A DNA stretch of 64,000 bases from Blastocatellia bacterium. GTDB lineage: Bacteria; Acidobacteriota; Blastocatellia; RBC074. Shown here in pieces: positions 1-7,698 of the stretch. How positions within the stretch are numbered: position 1 is the stretch's first letter; each line of letters begins with the position of its first letter. The DNA lies in the NCBI GenBank assembly GCA_035429885.1, contig DAOMFR010000003.1:28010-92009 (forward strand), given 5' to 3'. Made by a program: the position numbers and the translations under genes. The notes below the pieces were generated by a model. That model ran no database searches. It saw nothing but the letters and a program-made list of their open reading frames with translations, and had not been told where the DNA came from.

Positions 1-2361
1 ACTGAAAAATCCGGGCTGCCGAAAACCACGACTTGGGCGATGACGGCTGCGTGGGTAGACGCCGATCACGATGGCGATTTGGATTTGTTCGTTGGCAATT
101 TCGCTGACCTGTCGCAATTTCCCGCGAAAGATTCGGCGACGTTTCCGGACGATTTTGCCGGAGAAGAAAATCGCCTGTTTCAAAATAACGGAAACGGCAC
201 ATTCACAGACATCACGGCCAAAACCGGATTGGCCGGCGGCAAAAACAAAACCACCGCCGTGGTTCCGACCGATTTCAACAACCAGCGCGACATAGACTTT
301 TTCGTCGTCAATTACGGCTCGCCCGCGCAACTGTTCAGCAATCAGCGCGACGGCTCGTTCAAGGAAATTGCGGCTTTAGTTGGAATCAACTTCAGTGGCA
401 AAGCTCTGGGAGTTGGCGCGGGCGATTTGAACAAAGACAACTTCATTGATTTTTACCTTCCCGACTCTGACGGAAACGGCGCTTTGTTTTTGAGCGACGG
501 CAAAGGCGCTTTCGCGCGAAAAGGTGACGGGGCGACGGGGCGACGGGGTGAATCGCTTGCAGCGCAAATTACTGATTTCGACAACGACGGTTTGCTGGAT
601 GTTGTGACGCAAACGATTGCTGGCGTGAGCTTGCGACGAGGGGTAGGCGACAATCTTGTCGAAGCTCCTAACTCCCAACTCCTAACTCCCAACTCCCGAT
701 CATTAGCGCTTGGAGATTTCACCAGCGATGGTGGAATAGATTTGATCGGTTTCAACAACGACGGCGGAATTGTCGCGCTGAAATCCGAAGGCTTCGGCAA
801 AAACTTCGCTCGTATTCAGCTTGCGGGCAAGACCAGTAATCGCAGCGCTATCGGAACCAAAGCCGAACTTCGCAGCGGCAGCTTGCGCCAAAAACTGGAA
901 GTTTATTCGACTTCGCCTGCTGTGGCGTCGGCGGGAGTGACGTTCGGGCTTGGGTATCGAACTGCTGTGGATGCGCTGACGATGTTTTGGCCAGCCGGAA
1001 TTATGCAATCGGAGCTGGCGATCAAGCCCGGCGACAATCAGGTGGATGAACTCGACCGCAAAGGGACTTCGTGCCCGTTGCTGTACGCCTGGAACGGCAG
1101 CGAATACAGCTTCGTGACTGACTTCCTCGGCGGCTGTGCCATCGGAGCGCGCGAACCCGGCAACACCTGGAGCCAGCCCGACACCAACGAATACATTCGC
1201 GTCACCAGCGACCAACTGAAACCGAAAGACGGCGTGCTTTCGATGCGGATGAACAATCAGTTGGAAGAAGTGATTTTCTTTGACCAGACCAAATTGCTAG
1301 CGGTGGATCATCCGGCGGACACTGAAATTTATCCAAACGAACGATTGATGCCCGGCCCGCCGTATCCTGAATTCAAAATCTATTCGGTCAAATCTCCACG
1401 TCCGCCGGTTCGCGCCACGGACGACAAAGGCAAAGACATTTTGCCGCTGATCAAAGACATTGATCGCCGTTACCCCGAAGATTTTGAAAAGCTGCGGTTC
1501 AAAGGCTACGCGCGCGAACACGCGATGGAGTTGGACTTGGGAAATGTGACCAACGCCAAACAGGTTTTGTTACTGCTGACCGCCTGGATTGATTACGCGG
1601 ATTCGACGGCGAATCTGGCGGCTGCTCAGGCTGGCGTAGAAATCGTTCCGCCTTACGTACAGGTCAAAAACGCCGCAGGTCAATGGCAGACCGTCATTCC
1701 GCAAATGGGTTTTCCTGCCGGATTGCCGAAAACGATGACGGTTGATCTGAGTGGCAAATTCCTGTGTTCCGACAGCCGGGTTCGCATCGTCACCAGCATG
1801 CGCATTTACTGGGATCAGATTTTGGTTGATGCCTCTGAAGGCGTCAGTGCAGGGGCGCCGGTGAAAGTCACGACGCTGGATCCGATGACGGCCAATCTGC
1901 ACTGGCGAGGTTTTCCACGCGAATACTCTCCCGATGGACGCAAGCCGCTGATTTACGATTACCGCACGATTGAGCCTTTTGCTCCGTGGAAAGCGCATCT
2001 GGGTAATTACACGCGTTTCGGTGACGTGCTTGAACTCTTGACGGCGACGGATGATATGTACGTCGTCACTCGCAACGGCGATGAGATTCAATTGGACTTT
2101 GACGCGCGCCGATTGCCAGCTTTGCCGTCGGGATGGAAGCGGACGTTCCTGGTTTTTGCGGATGGTTTTGGCAAAGACATGGATTTGAACTCTGCGCGGC
2201 CTGAAACCGTCGGCGAACTGCCGTACCACCGGATGAAGAGTTATCCCTATTCGCCCGGCGACGCTTATCCAAACGACAAACGCCATCAGGATTATCTTGA
2301 ACGCTACAACACGCGGACGGTCGGCAATCAGACTCAAGCTGCTTGGCGCGGCGTCAAATAA
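1..2361 (+). CDS. FG-GAP/VCBS-repeat + ASPIC/UnbV (CRTAC1-family) protein, 5' end outside window
   Basis: Frame 1 is open from base 1, with no stop before the first ATG at 40, so the gene is 5'-truncated. It has repeated FG-GAP/VCBS Ca-loop motifs (DADHDGDLDLFV, DFDNDGLLDVV, DFTSDGGIDLI). An ASPIC/UnbV-like block follows (AIGTKAELRSG...VTFGLG), then a ~430 aa C-terminal region starting SCPLLYAWNGSEYSFVTDF. Confidence 0.8.
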   Translation, partial: TEKSGLPKTTTWAMTAAWVDADHDGDLDLFVGNFADLSQFPAKDSATFPDDFAGEENRLFQNNGNGTFTDITAKTGLAGGKNKTTAVVPTDFNNQRDIDFFVVNYGSPAQLFSNQRDGSFKEIAALVGINFSGKALGVGAGDLNKDNFIDFYLPDSDGNGALFLSDGKGAFARKGDGATGRRGESLAAQITDFDNDGLLDVVTQTIAGVSLRRGVGDNLVEAPNSQLLTPNSRSLALGDFTSDGGIDLIGFNNDGGIVALKSEGFGKNFARIQLAGKTSNRSAIGTKAELRSGSLRQKLEVYSTSPAVASAGVTFGLGYRTAVDALTMFWPAGIMQSELAIKPGDNQVDELDRKGTSCPLLYAWNGSEYSFVTDFLGGCAIGAREPGNTWSQPDTNEYIRVTSDQLKPKDGVLSMRMNNQLEEVIFFDQTKLLAVDHPADTEIYPNERLMPGPPYPEFKIYSVKSPRPPVRATDDKGKDILPLIKDIDRRYPEDFEKLRFKGYAREHAMELDLGNVTNAKQVLLLLTAWIDYADSTANLAAAQAGVEIVPPYVQVKNAAGQWQTVIPQMGFPAGLPKTMTVDLSGKFLCSDSRVRIVTSMRIYWDQILVDASEGVSAGAPVKVTTLDPMTANLHWRGFPREYSPDGRKPLIYDYRTIEPFAPWKAHLGNYTRFGDVLELLTATDDMYVVTRNGDEIQLDFDARRLPALPSGWKRTFLVFADGFGKDMDLNSARPETVGELPYHRMKSYPYSPGDAYPNDKRHQDYLERYNTRTVGNQTQAAWRGVK

Positions 2362-2397
2362 CAATAAAACGGCAGAGGAAGAAAGCTGGTTGAGATT

Positions 2398-2470
2398 ACG
2401 GAACAAACGGAAATAACGGAGAAGACGGAAAGCAGTTTTGAATTGCCTCCGTTCGTTCCGTTTGTTTCGT
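2398..2470 (+). repeat. 9-nt phased pentamer array forming an imperfect inverted repeat around the PA14 gene start
   Basis: ACGGA occurs at 2398, 2407, 2416 and 2425, an exact 9-nt period. The complement TCCGT occurs at 2448 and 2457, and TTCGT at 2466, again with a 9-nt period. The arms 2398-2420 and 2448-2470 can pair with about 3 mismatches. The 27-nt loop holds the putative TTG start at 2443. Confidence 0.5.
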
Positions 2471-4587
2471 ATTCTTCTTTTGGCCTTCTGCTTTTTGCTT
2501 TTTGCTTTTTACAGGTCTCAGCCCAAACGTTTTCTTCTCAAACCTGTTTTCCTTCTCGCCCGATTTCGATTGATCGTTGGCGAGCCGAATACTTCAACAA
2601 CACAGACCTCAACGGCGCGCCTGCACTGGTGCGCGACGATACTTTGCCCAACAGTCGCTTTCTGGATTTCGACTGGCAGCTCAACTCACCCAGCAAAGAT
2701 TGCGGCGTCAATCCTGACAACTTTTCAGTTCGGTGGATTCGCTCAGTTGCGTTTAGCGGAGGCTCTTACCACTTTACCGTGACGACGGATGACGGTGTCC
2801 GTTTGTTCATAGACGGACAGGAACGGTTGAATCGTTGGAGCGATCAACCGCTGACGACTTATACGGTGGACGTTCAGTTGTCGGCGGGCAATCACAAAAT
2901 CACACTGGAGTATTACGAACGCTGGGGCAGCGCGGTGATGAAGCTGAACTGGCAGCCGCATCCGTGTTTTGCTGTCGTGTCTGAAGATCATTGGCGAGGC
3001 GAGTATTTCAACAACGACTCTTTAACCGGTCAGCCCGCGATGGCGCGCGATGATGGCGAAGGGGATTTGTTTTTCGACTGGCACGGGCAGAGTCCTGAAT
3101 CAAGTTGTGGCGTTTTGCCCAGCGGGTTTTCGGCTCGTTGGTCGCGGCGAGTTCCGTTCGGCGCTGGAGCTTATCGTTTTGACGTTGCCGCTGGCGTTGG
3201 CGCGCGAGCTTTTGTTGATGGGCGATTGCTGTTCGACAAATGGAACGGCGAAGCGACGGGGAGTTTCAATCTTCAGCTTGGTGGCGGCAATCACCTGTTG
3301 GTTTTTGAAGTTCGCGGCGGAGCGAGTGCGCCGGTCGGCTTGCATTGGAAACCGTTGCCTTGCGTTGCTGAAATCGCTGAAGACCATTGGCGCGGCGAGT
3401 ATTTCAACAGCGACAACCTCAGCGGCAATGCGGTGATGGTGCGCGATGACGGCGACCGGCAGATTGATTTCAACTGGTTGGACGGCAGCCCTGCGGAATC
3501 CTGCGGAGTTCGCCGTGACGGTTTTTCAGTTCGCTGGACTCGGTCGGTGGCGTTCGACGCCGGGCGGTATCGCTTTGTGGTTGGCGGCAACGACGGCATC
3601 AGATTTTACGTGGACGGCCAGTTGAAAGTGGATGAATGGCGCGAACAATCGGCCAGCTTCATTGCGGAAATCGAGCTGACTGCCGGTCGTCACGAACTGA
3701 AGCTGGAATACGTGGACTTCGATGGCAGAGCCTACGTCAAGCTGGCCTGGCAACCGCCGCCGTGCATCACGCGAGTCGCCGCCGAACACTGGCGAGGCGA
3801 ATATTTCAACAACGCTGAACTGGCTGGAAAGCCTATGCTGGTGCGCGACGAAGGCGATGGCCAGTTGAATTTCGATTGGGGGTTGGGCAGTCCCAACAGC
3901 ATTTGCGGGTTGAGCGCCGATAACTTTTCCGCTCGGCTGACTCGGTCAGCGGTTTTCGGCGACGGCGTTTTTCAATTCAAGCTGACAGCCGACGACGGCG
4001 TGCGCGTGTTCATTGATGGCCAGTTGAAACTGGATCACTGGCGCGAACAGATGCTGACGGAAACGTTCGACGTGTGGATGACGGCGGGCCAACATCGCAT
4101 TACGATTGAATACTTTGAACGCTTGGGCAGCGCGGCTCTGAAATTCAGTTGGCAGCGGCATCCATGTTTTGCCGATGTGCCGCCGGATCATTGGCGCGGG
4201 GAGTATTTCAACAACACTTCATTGAATGGCCAGCCCGTGATGATTCGAGACGATGGAGACGGCGCGTTGAATTTCGATTGGAACGTGAAAAGCCCTGGCG
4301 GGAATTGCGGTGTCGTCGCCGATGAATTTTCAGTTCGATGGACACGTCGAGTGATCTTGCCTGCTGGCGTGTATCGCTTCACGTTGACGGCGGATGACGG
4401 TGCGCGATTGTTCATTGACGGCAAACGGGTGATTGATGAATGGCGAGATCAACCGCCGACCAGTTTTAACGCCGAAGTTTTCTTGCCCGAAGGCAGCCAT
4501 CGCCTTGTCGTCGAGTTTTATGATCGGGCAGGTGGCGCAACCGCCAAGCTGGAATGGGTGAAAATTGTTCGCCGCCCGGCGCAATAA
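2443..4587 (+). CDS. secreted protein made of five tandem PA14 domains
   Basis: The N-terminus is hydrophobic and signal-like (...LLLFAFCFLQVSAQ). Five copies follow of (D/E)HWRGEYFNNxxLxGxP...RDD...FDW...CG...FS(V/A)RW(T/S)R...YRF...DDG(V/I)R(L/V)F(I/V)DG...W..., which is the PA14 signature. The start is uncertain: the TTG at 2443 lacks a charged n-region, and an in-frame CTG at 2386 is possible. Confidence 0.85.
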   Translation: MPPFVPFVSYSSFGLLLFAFCFLQVSAQTFSSQTCFPSRPISIDRWRAEYFNNTDLNGAPALVRDDTLPNSRFLDFDWQLNSPSKDCGVNPDNFSVRWIRSVAFSGGSYHFTVTTDDGVRLFIDGQERLNRWSDQPLTTYTVDVQLSAGNHKITLEYYERWGSAVMKLNWQPHPCFAVVSEDHWRGEYFNNDSLTGQPAMARDDGEGDLFFDWHGQSPESSCGVLPSGFSARWSRRVPFGAGAYRFDVAAGVGARAFVDGRLLFDKWNGEATGSFNLQLGGGNHLLVFEVRGGASAPVGLHWKPLPCVAEIAEDHWRGEYFNSDNLSGNAVMVRDDGDRQIDFNWLDGSPAESCGVRRDGFSVRWTRSVAFDAGRYRFVVGGNDGIRFYVDGQLKVDEWREQSASFIAEIELTAGRHELKLEYVDFDGRAYVKLAWQPPPCITRVAAEHWRGEYFNNAELAGKPMLVRDEGDGQLNFDWGLGSPNSICGLSADNFSARLTRSAVFGDGVFQFKLTADDGVRVFIDGQLKLDHWREQMLTETFDVWMTAGQHRITIEYFERLGSAALKFSWQRHPCFADVPPDHWRGEYFNNTSLNGQPVMIRDDGDGALNFDWNVKSPGGNCGVVADEFSVRWTRRVILPAGVYRFTLTADDGARLFIDGKRVIDEWRDQPPTSFNAEVFLPEGSHRLVVEFYDRAGGATAKLEWVKIVRRPAQ
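2545..4560 (+). repeat. five ~400-bp coding tandem repeats (PA14 modules)
   Basis: The HWRGEYF codon blocks recur near 2578, 2992, 3388, 3790 and 4190. Each module is bounded by a Cys (PC[FVI]) and has an internal xCG Cys. The DNA copies are diverged, so this is not a recent duplication. Confidence 0.8.
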
Positions 4588-4694
4588 CGTCTCGGAATTC
4601 GTCCGCCTGCTCGCCGGTTTGATGGACACCTCAGCCATCTTGAGTACAATCCGCGCATCCGTACTTCAAACCCCGATCAAGGAGATTCTCCGCA

Positions 4695-6317
4695 ATGACC
4701 TGGAATCAGGTTTACGACCCGTTTAATTCGTGGCCGCTTTCAACGGCCGTCGCTGCTTTGCCTGTCTTGACGTTGTTTTTTGTGCTGGTGGTGTTGAAAG
4801 CACGAGTTTGGGTTTCGGCGCTGGCCGGAATGGTGATGGCCGTTTTGCTGGCGCTACTGGTGTTCAAAATGCCAGCGGTGTTGGTTGTCGCAGCCGCCGG
4901 GCACGGAGTCATTTTCGGAATGATCCGCATTGCCTGGGTAATTGTGGCTTCGATCTTTTTGTACAACATCGCGGTTGAAACCGGCCAGTTCGACATCATG
5001 AAACAATCCATCGCCGGGCTGTCGTCGGACAAACGATTGCAGTTGGTGTTGATCGCGTTCTGCTTCGGAGCTTTTCTGGAAGGCACAGGCGGAGGCGGCG
5101 CTCCGGTGGCAATTGCCGGTTCGTTTCTGATCGGGTTGGGCTTTCCTCCGTTTCAAGCGGCGACGTTGTGTTTGATCGCCAACACGGCTCCGGTGGCCTG
5201 GGGCGGAGTTGGAAACCCAATTCGCGTGCTGGCTGAAGTGACGGGCATTCCAGCGATGCAATTCAGCGCAATGGCCGGGCGCATTTTGCCGCCGATGTCG
5301 CTGATTCTGCCGTTCTGGCTGGTGCGAAGCATGGTTGGCTGGAAAGAAACTTTTCAGGTTTGGCCGGCGCTTTTGGTCAGCGGTTTGTCGTTCGCCGGGA
5401 TGCAATTTTACTGGTCGAATTATCAGGAAGCCGGATTGGTGGATGTCATCTCGGCAGTCTTTTCGCTGCTGGTGATGGTCGCGTTCCTGAAGTTCTGGAA
5501 ACCGGCGAACGAAATGCGGCTGGATGGAGCGGAGCATTCCTCTCGCATCGCCAAGCATTCAGCAGCGGCAGTTCTGAAGGCCTGGTCGCCATTCATTCTG
5601 GCTTCCGTGCTGATCTTTTTCGCCAGCTATCCGAAGATCAACAAGTACGCGATTTTCAGTTCGCTGAAAATCCCAATGCCCATGTTGCATAACGCCGTGA
5701 TGAAAGTTCCGCCGGTTGCCCCCGTTGCCACTCCCGAAGGCGCGTTGGTTGATTTGAACTTCATCGCCATTCCGGGAACCGCCGTTTTTATCGGCGCTCT
5801 TCTCTCAGCGTTGTTTCTGGGCTTGTCTTTGACTCGTGCGTTGAAGATTTTTGGCCGAACGCTGGTCGAGATGATTCCTTCACTGTTGGCAATCAGCTTT
5901 ATGGTCGGACTGGCGTACGTCACGCGTTACGGAGGTATGGACACTGTCTTGGGCTTGAGCCTGACCGGGACCGGCAAGTTGTTTCCATTTTTCGGTACGA
6001 TGCTTGGCTGGTTGGGCGTGGCTTTGACAGGAACCGACGCCGGTTCGAATGCGCTGTTTGGCAATTTGCAGAAGGTTACTGCTGAGCAGTTAAATCTAAG
6101 CCCGGTGTTGATGGGGGCCGCCAATTCGGCAGGCGGGGTGATGGGCAAGATGATTGACGCTCAATCCATCGTCGTTTCCAGTTCGGCCACGCAACAACAT
6201 GGAAACGAAGCCGCCATTTTCAAAGCCGTTTTCTGGCATAGCGTCGCGCTGGCAATGATGGTTGGCGTGATTGTCATGATTTACGCGTATGTTATGCCGT
6301 GGATCATTCCACGTTGA
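4695..6317 (+). CDS. lctP: L-lactate permease (LctP/LldP family)
   Basis: A 540 aa polytopic membrane protein. The N-terminus (MTWNQVYDPFNSWPLSTAVAALPVL) and internal GTGGGGAPVAI and TDAGSNALFGNLQ blocks are typical of the LctP family. Confidence 0.9.
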   Translation: MTWNQVYDPFNSWPLSTAVAALPVLTLFFVLVVLKARVWVSALAGMVMAVLLALLVFKMPAVLVVAAAGHGVIFGMIRIAWVIVASIFLYNIAVETGQFDIMKQSIAGLSSDKRLQLVLIAFCFGAFLEGTGGGGAPVAIAGSFLIGLGFPPFQAATLCLIANTAPVAWGGVGNPIRVLAEVTGIPAMQFSAMAGRILPPMSLILPFWLVRSMVGWKETFQVWPALLVSGLSFAGMQFYWSNYQEAGLVDVISAVFSLLVMVAFLKFWKPANEMRLDGAEHSSRIAKHSAAAVLKAWSPFILASVLIFFASYPKINKYAIFSSLKIPMPMLHNAVMKVPPVAPVATPEGALVDLNFIAIPGTAVFIGALLSALFLGLSLTRALKIFGRTLVEMIPSLLAISFMVGLAYVTRYGGMDTVLGLSLTGTGKLFPFFGTMLGWLGVALTGTDAGSNALFGNLQKVTAEQLNLSPVLMGAANSAGGVMGKMIDAQSIVVSSSATQQHGNEAAIFKAVFWHSVALAMMVGVIVMIYAYVMPWIIPR

Positions 6318-6329
6318 AGGAGCAACACG

Positions 6330-6827
6330 ATGAAACATAGTTTGCCAATTCTGTTGTCGCTGATTGTTTTGTTTGCGGGATCAGCCCAGGCTCAAAGCAA
6401 AGCCGCGCCAGCCTTCAATAAACTGAAGGAATTGGTGGGCGACTGGCAGGGCAAGGCGGCGGACGGTTCTGAGCGAAAGGTGACTTATCGTCTGGCTTCC
6501 GGAGGCTCAACCATCATCGAAACGTTGATTCCAGCAGGAGAGCCGGAAATGGTCAGTGTTTACCATCGAGACGGCGACAGTTTGTTGTTGGCGCATTACT
6601 GTTCTGTTGGCAATCAGCCGCGAATGCGCGCCGAAGTTCCGGCAGGCGACGTCAAAACCCTGGATTTCAGATTTGTGGACGCCACAAATCTGAAAAAGCC
6701 GACCGAAGGCCACATTCATCAGGTAACGATCAGGTTTCAGGACAACAATCATGTTTCAGTGAGCTGGACTTGGCGTCAAAGTGGCAAAGATGATGTCCAG
6801 ACTGTCCTTTTCGAACGGAAGAAGTAG
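6330..6827 (+). CDS. small secreted hypothetical protein
   Basis: SD GAAGGAG lies upstream of the ATG. A signal peptide is present (MKHSLPILLSLIVLFAGSAQA). The gene is 12 nt downstream of lctP and is followed by a terminator. I did not recognise a family. Confidence 0.6.
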   Translation: MKHSLPILLSLIVLFAGSAQAQSKAAPAFNKLKELVGDWQGKAADGSERKVTYRLASGGSTIIETLIPAGEPEMVSVYHRDGDSLLLAHYCSVGNQPRMRAEVPAGDVKTLDFRFVDATNLKKPTEGHIHQVTIRFQDNNHVSVSWTWRQSGKDDVQTVLFERKK

Positions 6828-6858
6828 GCTTCGTGTAAAAATCACGGTGAGTAGATAA

Positions 6859-6887
6859 GTCGCAGGCAGTTTGTCTGCGACTTTTTT
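6859..6887 (+). terminator. Rho-independent terminator
   Basis: Stem GTCGCAG (6859-6865) pairs with CTGCGAC (6875-6881) across a 9-nt loop. A T6 tract follows at 6882-6887. Confidence 0.75.
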
Positions 6888-7083
6888 ATCAGCGAATCTC
6901 CTTTGGAAAAGAGCTGTTGAGTTGTAGTGAAACGTTCAGCTCAAAATTTCATTCCCTGTTCTGGCTGGGCTGAATCTCTCAATCAGGGAAACAGAATGCC
7001 CGGTTCGGAAACTTTATTCTCGACTTTCTTTTTTGCCGGACTATAATCGCGCCCAGTCAGTGGGAAATCAGCCAGAGGAAATT

Positions 7084-7698
7084 ATGGAACCAGTTAAAAC
7101 CCATGAAGTAACACAACTGCTGCGCGCTTGGATGCAGGGCGAAGACGGCGCAGAAGGCGAATTGTACAAAATCGTCTACGCCGAGCTTCATCGTATGGCT
7201 CATCGCTACATGAGCCGTGAAAATCCCGGACAAACATTGCAAACCACAGCCTTGGTCAACGAGGCGTACGTCAAAATGGCTGACGTCAAAAACCTGAACT
7301 GGCAGGATCGCGCGCATTTCTTTGCCGTTTCGGCCAACATCATGCGCCGAATTCTGGTTGACCGGGCACGGTCAAAACAGGCCGTCATGCACGGCGGATC
7401 AATGAATCGTGTTGATCTGGAAGCCATCGTCGAAATCCCCGAAGTTCCCGGCGTGGATTATCTGGCGTTAAATGACGCGCTGGACAGGTTGGCCGAAATG
7501 GACGAACGCAAAAGCCGAATTGTGGAGCTTCGGTTTTTCGGCGGCTTGACCAACGAAGAAATTGCCGAAGTACTAAAGGTTTCAGCCGACACCGTTATGC
7601 GCGATTGGCGATTTGCCAAAGCTTGGTTACAAAGCGAGCTGAACGGAGACAACAGCCATGCATCCGCCAATGGAAGCGCCCGCTCGACTCACGCTTGA
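7084..7698 (+). CDS. ECF sigma-70 factor, TIGR02999-like (kinase-associated ECF43-type)
   Basis: Region 2 reads ELYKIVYAELHRMAHRYM...GQTLQTTALVNEAYVKM. Region 4 reads IVELRFFGGLTNEEIAEVLKVSADTVMRDWRFAKAWL. I prefer the ATG at 7084, which follows GAGGAA, over the TTG at 7033. The 3' end overlaps the kinase gene by 41 nt. Confidence 0.88.
   Translation: MEPVKTHEVTQLLRAWMQGEDGAEGELYKIVYAELHRMAHRYMSRENPGQTLQTTALVNEAYVKMADVKNLNWQDRAHFFAVSANIMRRILVDRARSKQAVMHGGSMNRVDLEAIVEIPEVPGVDYLALNDALDRLAEMDERKSRIVELRFFGGLTNEEIAEVLKVSADTVMRDWRFAKAWLQSELNGDNSHASANGSARSTHA

Noticed and set aside
2443-4587. A ~400-bp periodic DNA repeat that could be mistaken for a non-coding tandem array.
   Set aside because: One long ORF spans all copies and each copy encodes a complete PA14 module. 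This is a coding repeat.
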